Source: Planctomycetota bacterium (GTDB lineage: Bacteria > Planctomycetota > UBA11346). From it: a DNA stretch of 64,000 bases. Of the stretch, positions 1-9,259 are shown one piece after another. Where the stretch lies: the NCBI GenBank assembly GCA_038203025.1, contig JBBREK010000002.1:172-64171 (forward strand). The letters are read 5' to 3'. Within the stretch, counting starts at the first letter, position 1, and each line of letters opens with the position of its first letter. Position numbers and translations under genes: made by a program. Under the pieces are notes generated by a model, which worked only from the letters and a program-made list of their open reading frames with translations, was not told the DNA's origin and searched no databases.

Positions 1-732
1 CGGTTCGCCGCGGCCGGCGTCGTAGGCCACGGTCAGCGTGTGTGGGTCGAGCATCGCGGACTGGAAGCGACCATAGGGGCAGACGATGGTGCAGGTCTGT
101 TCGCGAAACCAGCCGAAGTTGAACAGGATGACGCCAAACAGCACCGACCAGAACACCGTGGCGTAGGGATACGCCGTCCAATCAAGCAGCAGGTAGTGAC
201 GGAAGGCCTCGGCGCCGATGAAGATGGCGGTGCCGGCGTTGGCCAGGCCGCCGGCGATCAGGGCGAACACCGCCCACATCAGGCCGGCCCGCCACCACAC
301 CGTCTTCAGCGGATTGCCCGGGCCCCCGAGCAGGGCGTGCTCGACCGGCCGGAACAGCATCTCAAGGAAGACGTTGTGCGGGCAGAACCAACCGCAGAAG
401 ACCCGTCCCAGCCAGGCAACGGTAAGCAGCGTACCGATGAGGCCCAGCAGCACGAGGATGACGAAGTAGCTAAGGTCCTGCGGCCAGAAGGCGACGCCGG
501 CTATCCACAGCCTGCGCGCTGCCAGATCGATCTGAAAGGCGGGGTCGCCATGGATGCGCGCGAAGGGGATGGCGCAGTAGAAGACGATCAGCGGAATGGC
601 GAGAAGATAGCGCAGCCGGCGCCAGCGCCCCCACACGATGCGTGCCTCGACCCAGCGCCGACGCCCTGCCTTGTCGACCGTGGCGAGGACGGACTTGAAG
701 TCGGGCTTCTCGGGCAGGACCGGCGTGGTCAC
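1..732 (-). CDS. ccoG: cbb3 oxidase accessory 4Fe-4S membrane protein CcoG/FixG (N-terminal part only, gene runs off window start)
   Basis: My own translation of the minus strand from GTG at 732 gives VTTPVLPEKPDFKSV...RVFCGWFCPHNVFLEM...FREQTCTIVCPYGRFQSAMLD. It has hydrophobic helices plus the CxxxCPYGRFQ motif typical of FixG. It is absent from the ORF track because no stop lies in the window. It starts 1 nt after the ccoP stop. Confidence 0.8.
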   Translation of the reverse strand, partial: MTTPVLPEKPDFKSVLATVDKAGRRRWVEARIVWGRWRRLRYLLAIPLIVFYCAIPFARIHGDPAFQIDLAARRLWIAGVAFWPQDLSYFVILVLLGLIGTLLTVAWLGRVFCGWFCPHNVFLEMLFRPVEHALLGGPGNPLKTVWWRAGLMWAVFALIAGGLANAGTAIFIGAEAFRHYLLLDWTAYPYATVFWSVLFGVILFNFGWFREQTCTIVCPYGRFQSAMLDPHTLTVAYDAGRGEP

Positions 733-733
733 G

Positions 734-1324
734 TCACCAGTCCAGCGGTCGTTCCTGCTCGTCCGACGCCGGCGGCTTCGCCGGGTTGGCCTTCAGGCCG
801 GCGCGGTTGAGCGAGACGATGAAAACAGCGAGATTGCGCACGCCCTCGGTGCCAAGCTGGGCGAAGCTGACCATACCCTTGCCGGGACGGCCGCCCTTCT
901 CCAGCACGCCAATGAGGCCGGTCATGGTCGGTTCGCAGAGCCAGTTGCGGTCGCGCAGGTTGGGGCCGACCAGGCCGAGGCCCTCGGCCCCATGGCAGGC
1001 GACGCAGTTGGTCGCGAACAGGGCCTTGCCGGTGGTGATGCGTGCCGGATCGGCGGCAAGGGCGCGCAGGCCCGTCTCGTCGAGGGAGTCGCCAGCCAGA
1101 GCCGCGCGCCGCGCCGACAGCTCGGTGAGATCGTCGCGCAGCTGCTCGGCGCCGACCTTGCCGCCGCCGCCGTGGTAATAGGGGATGTACCAGATCGACC
1201 AGATGATGGTCAGGACGAACAACCACAGCCACCAGCGCGGCAGGTTGTTGTCGTACTCCTGGATGCCGTCGAACGCGTGCCCCTCGTCCTTGAGGGTGTC
1301 CGGCTTGGGCTCGGGCTCAGACAT
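734..1324 (-). CDS. ccoP: cbb3-type cytochrome c oxidase subunit III (CcoP/FixP), monohaem form
   Basis: 196-aa ORF. N-terminal FixP_N-like HAFDGIQEYDNNLPRWWLW followed by a TM helix. A single CVACH haem-c motif. Confidence 0.85.
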   Translation of the reverse strand: MSEPEPKPDTLKDEGHAFDGIQEYDNNLPRWWLWLFVLTIIWSIWYIPYYHGGGGKVGAEQLRDDLTELSARRAALAGDSLDETGLRALAADPARITTGKALFATNCVACHGAEGLGLVGPNLRDRNWLCEPTMTGLIGVLEKGGRPGKGMVSFAQLGTEGVRNLAVFIVSLNRAGLKANPAKPPASDEQERPLDW

Positions 1325-1481
1325 GGTGATCGTCCTCCAGCGGCAGGTGCTCCATGCGCTGCAGATGGTGCTTCCGGCGGTCGCTGACCACGTACCAGAT
1401 GATCAGGCCGAACAGGGAGACGAACCCGAACATGGCGATCAGCGCCAGTGGGTTGGCGTTGGTGAACACCTCGCGAATCAT
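1317..1481 (-). CDS. ccoQ: CcoQ/FixQ-like small membrane subunit (54 aa)
   Basis: Internal ATG of the 226-aa track ORF. MIREVFTNANPLALIAMFGFVSLFGLIIWYVVSDRRKHH is one TM helix followed by a basic patch. ATGA overlap with the ccoNO stop and an 8-nt overlap with the ccoP start. Confidence 0.6.
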   Translation of the reverse strand: MIREVFTNANPLALIAMFGFVSLFGLIIWYVVSDRRKHHLQRMEHLPLEDDHHV

Positions 1482-3724
1482 GGCGTGACCCCTTTCGGCA
1501 GATCGGTGCCAAGCCGCTGCATGTAGGCGATCAGGGCGATGATCTCGCGGTCCGGATCGATGCGCGCGCGATCCTGCTCGTCGGGGTTCTGGGCGCGCAG
1601 CTCGTCGGCGACCTGGCGGGCCTGGGCCTTGGCCGGGGTGACTGGATCCTCGACCTCGGCGCGGCTGTACGGCGTGTACAGCGGCATCCCGGCAAGTACG
1701 CCGATCTTGGCTGGCAGGCTGGCGTAGTCGGTCTCCCAGCGGTACAGCCAGGGGTAGGCCGGCATGGTGCTGCCGGTCGACTGGCTCTGTGGCTTCTCCA
1801 TGTGCGCCCAGTGCCAGAAGTGGTTGTACTTGCCGCCCAGGCGCCACAGGTCCGGGCCGGTGCGCTTGCTGCCCCACAGGAACGGCCGGTCGTAGATCAT
1901 CTCGCCGGCGCGGGTGTACGAAGCTCCGCCGGCGTACTCGGCACCGCGATAGCGCTCGGTCTCGGCGCGCAGGGTGCGCACCATCTGCGTGTGGCAACCT
2001 ACGCAGCCCTCGCGGATGTAGATGTCGCGTCCGGCCAGCTCCAGCGGGGTGTAGGGCTTAATCGCGGCGATTTTCGGCGTCACCGCACCCTGGATCAGCT
2101 GCGGGATGATCTCGCACAGCCCGCCGATGGCGAGGGCGATGGTGATGCCGACGATCATCAGCGTCGGCCAGCGCTCGACCAGGGCGTGCAGGGCATTGAG
2201 CCGGGCGGGCGCAGTCGGCTGGTCGATGGCTTGGTCAATGTGCGTGCCGACCTCCAGGTCCGGGGTAAGCCGCGGCACGCTGACCGTCACCGCCTCCATC
2301 GGCGCAGGGGCGCGGCGGATGGTCATGGCGACGTTCCAGATGCACAGGAAGATGCCGCCAAGATAGAGTACGCCGGCGAAGGTGCGCAACCAGTAGAACG
2401 GGATGGTGGTGTTGACGATCTCCATCCACACCGGGTACATCAGGTGCGCCTCATCGTTGAACTGCAGGGTCATCAGGCCCTGGGCGATGCCGGCGATCCA
2501 CAGCGCGATCATGTAGAGGAAGATCGAGGCGGTTGCGGTCCAGAAGTGCAGGTTGGCCAGGCCGGTCGAATGCAGCTTGGTCTTGTACAGCTTGGGGATC
2601 AGCCAGTAGGCCAGAGCGAAGGCGACCAGGCCGTTCCAGCCCAGAGCGCCACCGTGGACATGGCCGATGGTCCACTCGCTGTTATGCGACAGCGCGTTGA
2701 CCGAGCGCAGCGAGAGCAGCGGCCCCTCGAAGGTGGCCATGCCGTAGAAGGTGACGGCGGCGACCCAGAACTTCAGCACCGGATCCTGGCGCACGCGATC
2801 CCACGCCCCGCGCAGGGTCAGCAGGCCGTTGATCATGCCGCCCCAGCTCGGCGCCAGCAGCATGATCGAGAAGGTCACGCCCAGGGTCTGCGCCCACTCC
2901 GGCGTCGCCTGGTTGAGCAGATGGTGCGGGCCCGACCAGATGTAGAGGAAGATCAGCGACCAGAAGTGAATGATCGACAGACGATAGCTGTACACCGGCC
3001 GCTCGGCGGCCTTGGGCAGGTAGTAGTACATCAGCCCGAGGAACGGCGTGGTCAGGAGGAAGGCCACGGCGTTGTGCCCGTACCACCACTGCACCAGGGC
3101 GTCCTGCACGCCGCTGAACACGCTGTAGGCGTGCAGCGGACCGGTAGGGATGGCCAGCGAGTTGACCACATGCAGCATCGCCACGCCGATCTGCGTCGCG
3201 AGCAGGAACCACAGCGCGACGTAGAGATGGCGTTCGCGTCGCACCATGATCGTGGCCACGGTGTTGACCGTCCATGCCACCCAGACCACGGCGATGGCGA
3301 CGTCGATCGGCCAGATCAACTCGGCGTACTCCTTCGACGACGTCAGACCGAGCGGCAGGGTGATGGCGGCCGAAAGGATGATCGCCTGCCAGCCCCAGAA
3401 GTGGAAGCGGGTCAGCGCGTCCGACCACATGCGCGCCTTCAGCAACCGCTGCGTGGCGTAGTAGAAGCCGGCGAAGATGGCGTTGCCGGCGAAGGCGAAG
3501 ACCACCGCGTTGGTGTGCAGCGGGCGCAGGCGGCCGTAGGTCGTCCACGGCAGATCGAAGTTCAGCGCCGGCACCGCCAGCTGCAGCGCCAGCAGCACCC
3601 CGACCAGCATGCCGATGACGCCAAAGACCAGTGAGGCCCAGATGAACCACAGGACCGGCCGGTCATCGTAGGTGACGATGTCGAGCGCGGCTTCGCGCGG
3701 GACAGGCATGGGGACATCGGTCAT
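1478..3724 (-). CDS. ccoNO: fused cbb3-type cytochrome c oxidase subunits I+II (CcoN-CcoO)
   Basis: 748-aa ORF. The N-terminal about 480 aa is haem-copper oxidase subunit I (HFWSLIFLYIWSGPHHL, GHVHGGALGW). The C-terminal part is CcoO-like (YTPLELAGRDIYIREGCVGCHTQMVR, RTGPDLWRLGGKY). Confidence 0.95.
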   Translation of the reverse strand: MTDVPMPVPREAALDIVTYDDRPVLWFIWASLVFGVIGMLVGVLLALQLAVPALNFDLPWTTYGRLRPLHTNAVVFAFAGNAIFAGFYYATQRLLKARMWSDALTRFHFWGWQAIILSAAITLPLGLTSSKEYAELIWPIDVAIAVVWVAWTVNTVATIMVRRERHLYVALWFLLATQIGVAMLHVVNSLAIPTGPLHAYSVFSGVQDALVQWWYGHNAVAFLLTTPFLGLMYYYLPKAAERPVYSYRLSIIHFWSLIFLYIWSGPHHLLNQATPEWAQTLGVTFSIMLLAPSWGGMINGLLTLRGAWDRVRQDPVLKFWVAAVTFYGMATFEGPLLSLRSVNALSHNSEWTIGHVHGGALGWNGLVAFALAYWLIPKLYKTKLHSTGLANLHFWTATASIFLYMIALWIAGIAQGLMTLQFNDEAHLMYPVWMEIVNTTIPFYWLRTFAGVLYLGGIFLCIWNVAMTIRRAPAPMEAVTVSVPRLTPDLEVGTHIDQAIDQPTAPARLNALHALVERWPTLMIVGITIALAIGGLCEIIPQLIQGAVTPKIAAIKPYTPLELAGRDIYIREGCVGCHTQMVRTLRAETERYRGAEYAGGASYTRAGEMIYDRPFLWGSKRTGPDLWRLGGKYNHFWHWAHMEKPQSQSTGSTMPAYPWLYRWETDYASLPAKIGVLAGMPLYTPYSRAEVEDPVTPAKAQARQVADELRAQNPDEQDRARIDPDREIIALIAYMQRLGTDLPKGVTP

Positions 3725-3897
3725 GTAGGATCCTGGGGACTGGTCGGTTCCGGCCGCGTGGCCGCAATATCCTCCGCCAGCATGCGCGCCGGCGGTGTGT
3801 CGAGATCATCAAGCTGCCCGCTGCGTACCAGTCCGATCAGGGCGGCTACCGCCACCACGAACAGGACCAGACCGATACCGGTAAGCAGATAGAGCAT
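3721..3897 (-). CDS. ccoS: cbb3 oxidase maturation protein CcoS/FixS-like (58 aa)
   Basis: MLYLLTGIGLVLFVVAVAALIGLVRSGQLDDLDTPPARML matches the CcoS pattern (TM helix followed by SGQxDDL). The start is taken at the internal ATG (3897); the track ORF extends to 3939. ATGA overlap with the ccoNO start. Confidence 0.7.
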   Translation of the reverse strand: MLYLLTGIGLVLFVVAVAALIGLVRSGQLDDLDTPPARMLAEDIAATRPEPTSPQDPT

Positions 3898-4046
3898 GAA
3901 ACGGCGGACGTGCCTTATACCCCTGCGATTCCTTGGCAAATGGATATAGAGATAGGATTAACAAGAAATCGTGCGGAATACCAGTTTCGCGTCCCAGCAA
4001 CGTCCGCCAAGAGTCTGCAGTGTCAGTGATTACACCAGGACCGTGC

Positions 4047-4844
4047 CTAAGCTTCGCGCCGGGCCGTGCGCCAGGCGCCCGGGGTCATGCCGGTGCGGCG
4101 GCGGAACCAGCGGCCAAACCATGCCGGGTCGGCGCAGCCGCAGCGGCGGGCAACCTCCTGGATCGGCTGGTAGCCGTGGGTCAGCAGATGCTGCGCGGCG
4201 GTCAGGCGATGCCGTTCCTTCAGGGCGCGGAACGACAGGCCGGTGAGTTCCCGCAGCGCATGCCGGGCGCGCTCGGCGGACAGTCCAAGATGGGTCGCCA
4301 GCGCGGCCACGTCCGGGTCCTCGGCAAGATGGCCGGCGAGGTAGGCGTCGATGCGCGTCAGCCGCTTGTCGCCGCCGACATCGCGCCCCTCGGCCAGGCG
4401 TACCGCCAGTTGGACCAACCAGCCGGCGAGCAGCTGGCCGGCTGCCTCCAGCCGCGCGGATCCGGCCGCTGGTCCGAGATGGATCAGCGCTTCCAGCCGG
4501 CCGGCCACCCGCACCGGCACGATCAGCTCGCGGATGCCGGCATGGCAGACCCGCCAAGCCGGGGCTCCACCGGTGGCGAACGCCGCCGGCAGGTCGCACA
4601 GATCATGAGCCCGGCAGGCATCGTTGCCGCCCGCCCGCTTGGCCCGACGGCAGGCGGCAGCGCGGTGATAGTGCCAGCGCGCCGGCACCACCGCCGCCCC
4701 GTGCGCGTCGCGCAAGGCCTGGCCGAAAACGTGGCAGGTCAGACGGACGCGCCAGACGGCCTCGACCCCGGCGAAGACGGTGTCGACCTCGGCGCGCAGG
4801 ACGGCGGCATCGGCCATGCCGGGAATGATGCCTGATACCGACAA
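4047..4844 (-). CDS. AraC-family transcriptional regulator with PocR-like Cys-rich sensory region
   Basis: C-terminal HTH_AraC (HLGLSAERARHALRELTGLSFRALKERHRLTAAQHLL...FGRWFRRRTGMTPGAWR). N-terminal CHAGIRELIVPVRVAGRLEALIHLG resembles PocR. Confidence 0.8.
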   Translation of the reverse strand: MSVSGIIPGMADAAVLRAEVDTVFAGVEAVWRVRLTCHVFGQALRDAHGAAVVPARWHYHRAAACRRAKRAGGNDACRAHDLCDLPAAFATGGAPAWRVCHAGIRELIVPVRVAGRLEALIHLGPAAGSARLEAAGQLLAGWLVQLAVRLAEGRDVGGDKRLTRIDAYLAGHLAEDPDVAALATHLGLSAERARHALRELTGLSFRALKERHRLTAAQHLLTHGYQPIQEVARRCGCADPAWFGRWFRRRTGMTPGAWRTARREA

Positions 4845-4927
4845 GACGCAACGGCGACCGCCAAGTCCTAGCGCACGACCGCCCGCCCGTCTTGCCGAAG
4901 CCGGGGTCTGGCTGCTATGCTGCCGTC

Positions 4928-6124
4928 ATGAGCCCCCGCCCGTCCCGCATCCTGCTGCGCTCCTCGTGGCAGATCGTCAACCTCGGCGACATCGCCCACA
5001 CCCCTGGCGTCCTCGCCCTGATCGAGCGGCACCTGCCCGGCACCGAGGTCGTGCTGTGGGCCTCTGACGACCTCTCCGAGGCGGTAGCGGCGATGGAGCA
5101 CCGCCGCTTCCCCGGCCTGCGCATCGTCAAAGGGCGCATCGGTGATGACGGCACGCCTGGCAATGCGGATCTGGCCGAGGCCCTGGCCTGGTGCGACCTG
5201 CTGCTGCATGGCTCGGGCCCGTCGCTGGTCGCGAGCCGCGACGTCGCCGCCTTCGAACGTCACATCGGCAAACCGTTCGGCGTCTTCGGCATCACCTATG
5301 CCGGCGGCGATGCCGATCTGCGCTCGCTGCTCGGCCGGGCACGCTTCCTCTACTTCCGCGATTCGGTGTCGCTGGCGCTGGCGCACAGCGAGGGCATCAG
5401 CGCCCCGGTGATGGCCTTCGGCCCGGACGGCGCGTTCGCCTGCGACCTGCGCGACGACGATCGCGCCACGGCCTTCCTGCGCGCCAGCGACCTGGAGGAC
5501 GGCCGCTTTCTCTGCTGCATTCCACGGCTGCGCTTCACCCCCTACTGGCTGATCCACGGCCGGCCGCGCGACGAGCAGCGCCAGGCCCGCAACCAGGCCA
5601 TGGCCGAACACGATCATGCCCCGCTGCGCGCCGCGATCTGCGCCGTGGTGCGCGAGACCGGCCTGAAGGTCCTGCTCTGTCCCGAGGACCGCAGTCAGAT
5701 GGCGGTTGGACGCGAGTGGGTGCTTGATCACCTGCCCGAGGACGTGCGCGCCCAGGTGGTGTGGCGTCCGGACTTCTGGCTGACCGACGAGGCGCTGAGC
5801 GTCCAGGTCCGTTCCGCCGGACTGTTCGGCCACGAGATGCATTCGCCGATCATGTGCATCGGCAACGGCATCCCCGCCATCGTCGGCCGCTTCGCCGAGC
5901 AGACCAGCAAGGGTCTGATGTGGCGCGACATCGGCCTTGGCGACTGGCTGTTCGACCTCGACGACGAGACCCAGATGGAGCGCTTCGTGCCGACCGTGCT
6001 GGCGATGGCGCGCGACCCGCAGGGCGCGCGGGCGACCGCGGCGGCGGCGCGCGAGCGGGTGGCCGGACTGCAGGCCGGCATGTGCGCCGAGCTGGCGCGG
6101 ACGCTGGACGCTACGCGGCGCTGA
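4928..6124 (+). CDS. polysaccharide pyruvyl transferase family protein
   Basis: MSPRPSRILLRSSWQIVNLGDIAHTPGVLALIERHLPG is the N-terminal signature I associate with PS_pyruv_trans proteins. The start is taken at the second ATG of the track ORF (4892). Confidence 0.6.
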   Translation: MSPRPSRILLRSSWQIVNLGDIAHTPGVLALIERHLPGTEVVLWASDDLSEAVAAMEHRRFPGLRIVKGRIGDDGTPGNADLAEALAWCDLLLHGSGPSLVASRDVAAFERHIGKPFGVFGITYAGGDADLRSLLGRARFLYFRDSVSLALAHSEGISAPVMAFGPDGAFACDLRDDDRATAFLRASDLEDGRFLCCIPRLRFTPYWLIHGRPRDEQRQARNQAMAEHDHAPLRAAICAVVRETGLKVLLCPEDRSQMAVGREWVLDHLPEDVRAQVVWRPDFWLTDEALSVQVRSAGLFGHEMHSPIMCIGNGIPAIVGRFAEQTSKGLMWRDIGLGDWLFDLDDETQMERFVPTVLAMARDPQGARATAAAARERVAGLQAGMCAELARTLDATRR

Positions 6125-6152
6125 AGCCCTTCCGCGCAACGGGCAGAAACGC

Positions 6153-8510
6153 CTAGTAGCAGCGCACCTCGACGATCGACGCTGCCGCATCGCCATTGGT
6201 CGCCAGCACGACAATGCGCAGACGCTTGCCCTGCACCGCAGCGGGCAGGTCGTGGCAGCGGCGCCAGGCGGTGTTGCCGGTGACGCGCAGGACCTCGACG
6301 CCGTCGGCCTCGATGGCGTAGTCGCGGGCGACCTGCGGCTCGACGTAGAACGGCTCCTCGCGATGCACCTCGCCGAGCAGTTGGCCGGGGAAGGTCAGCT
6401 CGACGCGCGTCAGCCGCTGCGGCGCGTCCCAGGCCAGCTCCAGCCACTGCGGAAGGCCGGCGCCGGAGTCGGAACGCCACAGGTTGGTGGCCGCACCCGG
6501 ACGGGTGACGCCGCTGAGCACCTGTTCGGGACCGACCGCGTCCTGGGCCGGCTCGACGCGATAGGCGAGCGCACCGTGGAGGCCACGCCAACGGGTCGGC
6601 GAGAGGTGGCGGAAGGCGACGTGTCCGGGCAGGACGGCGGCGGCGTGCTGCCAGGCCAGGCCGGGCGCGGCGCCGGTTTCGAGGCGCAACCAGCCGGGTG
6701 CGACGCCGTCGAGGGCGACGTCCCAGGTGAGCCAGCGGCGCGTGCCTGGGGGGACGGTGAGGAGACAACTCGGCGCGGGCTGAAGCCCGCGGTCCTGACC
6801 GCCCTTGCGGTAGTCCCAGACGCCGTCGACGCGCACCAGGTAAAGCGGCAAGGCCACCGGCGCGTCCGTCGGGTTGTCCAGACACAGCGCCAGGCTGTCG
6901 ATCCGGCCCGAGCACCACACCAGCTGCGCCAGCCCCTTGGCGAGATCGGCGGTGCCGCGCGGCATGCCGCGCAGGCGCGTGCACGGCCCGTGGTCGTCCG
7001 GGCCCAGTCCATGCAACCGCGCGCTCGACGAGGCGCTGACCCTGGCGCGTCGCGCGACATCCTGCTCATCGCGGTTGGCTATCCCAGGGATGAAAGCACC
7101 GTCGCGCAGCAGACGCTGCTGCACGGCGCAAATCGCCGGTCCGCCGGAGGCGGCATCGGCGGCGAGTTGCGGCAGGCCCAGTTTGCGGCGCAGGGCCTCG
7201 GCGGCAGCCGTGCCGACCGCCTGGCCCATCATCGCCGTCGTGCCCATGACCCGCACCGTGCCCAGGGCGGCGCGCGTCGTGCTGATGCAGCGGCCGGCGA
7301 GGAAGAGGTTGTCGACATCGCGGGCGATCAGGCTGCGCAGCGGGATGCCGTACGGCCCGACGTAGCTCTTGGCCGCATACTCGCTGTCCGGGGTGTAGCC
7401 TTCGGCCGAGGCCGGTTCCGAGGTCGGCGCCAGCAGCCCGCCCGGCGTGTGCAGATCGACGAACCAGCCGCCGTGGCAGATCGCATCGGGGAAGGCCTCG
7501 CGGGCCTGCAGCTGCGTCTCGGTCAGCCAGTGATGGCCGACGACACGGCGGCTCTCGCGCTTACCCGGCACCTGGCCGATGAAGTCGAGGGCGTAGTTGC
7601 GGCAGCGGTCCATGGTCTTCGGATCGCGGTTCTTCATCCAGTCCCATACGCCCAGGGCATGGCGGGTCAGCTCGTGCCGGATGGTCTCGTTGTCGTGGAT
7701 GGTGTGCCAGGGCACGCCGATCTCGATCCACCAGAATCCGCCACGCATGTCGTACAGCCCACGCCCCTGCTTGTAGAAGAAGTCGGGGTCCTCGTGACGC
7801 ACCGCCCACGGTGGCGGGGCGAACGGCGCCGGCCGGCCGATGTCCTTGGCTCGGATGTGGATCGAGTTGCCCATCGTCTCGGTCGAGGCCGTGACCGGCG
7901 CGTGCTGCTCGCCGTGCTCGGCCTGCGCTTCGCTGCCCATGCGCCAGGCACAGCCGGCGCGGTCAGCGACGATGGCGTCGCCGGTGCAGTCGGCGAACAG
8001 CGGCGCGCTCAAGCGCAGCTCGACCTCGGCCGAGAGGGTGCGGGCGATCAGCGCGCTGATCCGCCGGCTGGGCGCGCAGGCCTCGCGCTCGTAATAGCCC
8101 TTGCGCGTATGCGGCTGCACCTCGACCTGCTCGGCGCCGTCCAGTTCGATGCGCAGCACCGGCGTATTCAGGTGCAGGGTCAGGTTGGCTTCGCGCACGC
8201 AGGCGTCGTACAGCACCTGGTCGAAGACGCTGTTGGTCCAGCCGTTCTCGTTGATCTCCTCGTGGTTGCGCGAGCGCTCGTCGGCGAGCAGCTCGGCGAT
8301 GATGCCGGTCTCGCGGCCGTAGGCGTGGTGGCAACCGGCGCCATGCACGGTGACGCGCATCTCGCTGGAGGCGACGCCGCCCAGCACCGGCCGCTCGTGG
8401 ACCAGGCAGGTCTTCAGTCCCTGGCGGGCGGCGCTGATCGCCGCGCAGACGCCGGCCAGGCCGCCGCCGGCGACGATGAGGTCGAAGGATTGCTCGATGC
8501 GCTTGGTCAT
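6153..8510 (-). CDS. FAD-dependent oxidoreductase with C-terminal discoidin (F5/8 type C)-like domain
   Basis: Starts at an internal ATG of the 1036-aa track ORF. MTKRIEQSFDLIVAGGGLAGVCAAISAARQGLKTCLVHERPVLGG is a GxGxxG dinucleotide fold. The tail NLWRSDSGAGLPQWLELAWDAPQRLTRVELTF is discoidin-like. ATGA overlap with the upstream iclR stop. Confidence 0.8.
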   Translation of the reverse strand: MTKRIEQSFDLIVAGGGLAGVCAAISAARQGLKTCLVHERPVLGGVASSEMRVTVHGAGCHHAYGRETGIIAELLADERSRNHEEINENGWTNSVFDQVLYDACVREANLTLHLNTPVLRIELDGAEQVEVQPHTRKGYYEREACAPSRRISALIARTLSAEVELRLSAPLFADCTGDAIVADRAGCAWRMGSEAQAEHGEQHAPVTASTETMGNSIHIRAKDIGRPAPFAPPPWAVRHEDPDFFYKQGRGLYDMRGGFWWIEIGVPWHTIHDNETIRHELTRHALGVWDWMKNRDPKTMDRCRNYALDFIGQVPGKRESRRVVGHHWLTETQLQAREAFPDAICHGGWFVDLHTPGGLLAPTSEPASAEGYTPDSEYAAKSYVGPYGIPLRSLIARDVDNLFLAGRCISTTRAALGTVRVMGTTAMMGQAVGTAAAEALRRKLGLPQLAADAASGGPAICAVQQRLLRDGAFIPGIANRDEQDVARRARVSASSSARLHGLGPDDHGPCTRLRGMPRGTADLAKGLAQLVWCSGRIDSLALCLDNPTDAPVALPLYLVRVDGVWDYRKGGQDRGLQPAPSCLLTVPPGTRRWLTWDVALDGVAPGWLRLETGAAPGLAWQHAAAVLPGHVAFRHLSPTRWRGLHGALAYRVEPAQDAVGPEQVLSGVTRPGAATNLWRSDSGAGLPQWLELAWDAPQRLTRVELTFPGQLLGEVHREEPFYVEPQVARDYAIEADGVEVLRVTGNTAWRRCHDLPAAVQGKRLRIVVLATNGDAAASIVEVRCY
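6773..6797 (+). repeat. GC hairpin repeat copy (GCGGGC-TGAA-GCCCGC plus GGTCC), embedded in the FAD oxidoreductase CDS
   Basis: gcgcgggctgaagcccgcggtcctg read directly. The same word occurs at 37003, 42041, 56450 (rc) and 62715 (rc). Confidence 0.7.
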
Positions 8511-9235
8511 GCTGGCTCCGTGAGGGCTGCTGCGACGGCGATGGCGCCGGCGGTGAGGTGGGGCAGGGGATCGACGGCGGCCTCGCCGACCAGACCGAGG
8601 GCCAGAGGCGGATGCCCGGCGACCGCGACGGCGATGGCCGCGGCGCCGTAGCCCGGCCGGCCCCAGCCGTCGATGCGCAGTACGCCATCGACCAGGCGCT
8701 TGCGTGACTCGGCCAGGCAGGCGGCGGGCGTCTCCGGCGTGCCGGCGGTCGGCCGTTCCCAGCCGTAGCGCTTGGCCGCAAGTTCCAGGCAGCCACGCGC
8801 CGCCTTGACCGGCTGATCCAGCAACAGGCGCAGCCCGACCACCGACAGGTGCAGCGGCCAGCCGCCGGCCACCGCCGACACCGCTTCGCCGCCTGGTGAG
8901 CAGCGATGCAGATACAGCACCTGATCGCGATGCAACGCGGCCAGCGAGGTCTGCAGTCCGCTGCTGCGCGCCAGCGCGGTGATCGCGACGCGGGTCCGCT
9001 CTACGGCCGGCAGCCGGCCAGCCGCCGCGCCGGCCAGCGCCAGCACACCGAGGTCGGGCGCGAACGAATGGTAGGATGGCTTCCTGACATAGCCGTACCG
9101 AGCCAGCACCGCCAGGGTGCGCGAGACGTTGGAGACATGCAGGCCGACGCGCTCGGCGATGGCGGTAGCGGTCAGCGGCGCCTCGGCCTCGGCGAGGATG
9201 CGCAGGATGTTGAGCCCGGTGGTCAGCACACCCAA
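8507..9235 (-). CDS. IclR-family transcriptional regulator
   Basis: C-terminal 242 aa of the 581-aa track ORF. LGVLTTGLNILRILAEAEAPLTATAIAERVGLHVSNVSRTLAVLARYGYV is a winged HTH, followed by an IclR effector-like domain. No in-frame ATG, so the start is assumed at TTG 9235 (or GTG 9229). Confidence 0.75.
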   Translation of the reverse strand: MGVLTTGLNILRILAEAEAPLTATAIAERVGLHVSNVSRTLAVLARYGYVRKPSYHSFAPDLGVLALAGAAAGRLPAVERTRVAITALARSSGLQTSLAALHRDQVLYLHRCSPGGEAVSAVAGGWPLHLSVVGLRLLLDQPVKAARGCLELAAKRYGWERPTAGTPETPAACLAESRKRLVDGVLRIDGWGRPGYGAAAIAVAVAGHPPLALGLVGEAAVDPLPHLTAGAIAVAAALTEPA

Positions 9236-9238
9236 AGC

Positions 9239-9259
9239 ATATTGCGAATATCGCAATAT
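9239..9259. promoter_or_regulatory. perfect AT-rich palindrome ATATTGCGA-ATA-TCGCAATAT (candidate IclR operator)
   Basis: 9-bp arms and a 3-bp centre, read directly. It lies 4 nt upstream of the proposed iclR start, in the 97-bp divergent intergenic region. Confidence 0.5.

Noticed and set aside
3898-4046. FNR/Anr box (TTGAT-N4-ATCAA) expected upstream of a cbb3 oxidase operon in the AT-rich 150-bp region.
   Set aside because: Reading both strands, I found only poor half-site matches (for example TTGTTAATCCTATC and TTGCCAAGGAATCG). Nothing is close enough to claim.
6116-6138. Possible sixth, degenerate copy of the hairpin repeat at the pyruvyl transferase stop (GCGCTGAAGCCCTTCCGCGC).
   Set aside because: It shares only CTGAAGCCC and the TGA-as-stop feature. 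The stem and the GGTCC tail are not preserved, so it is mentioned only as a look-alike.
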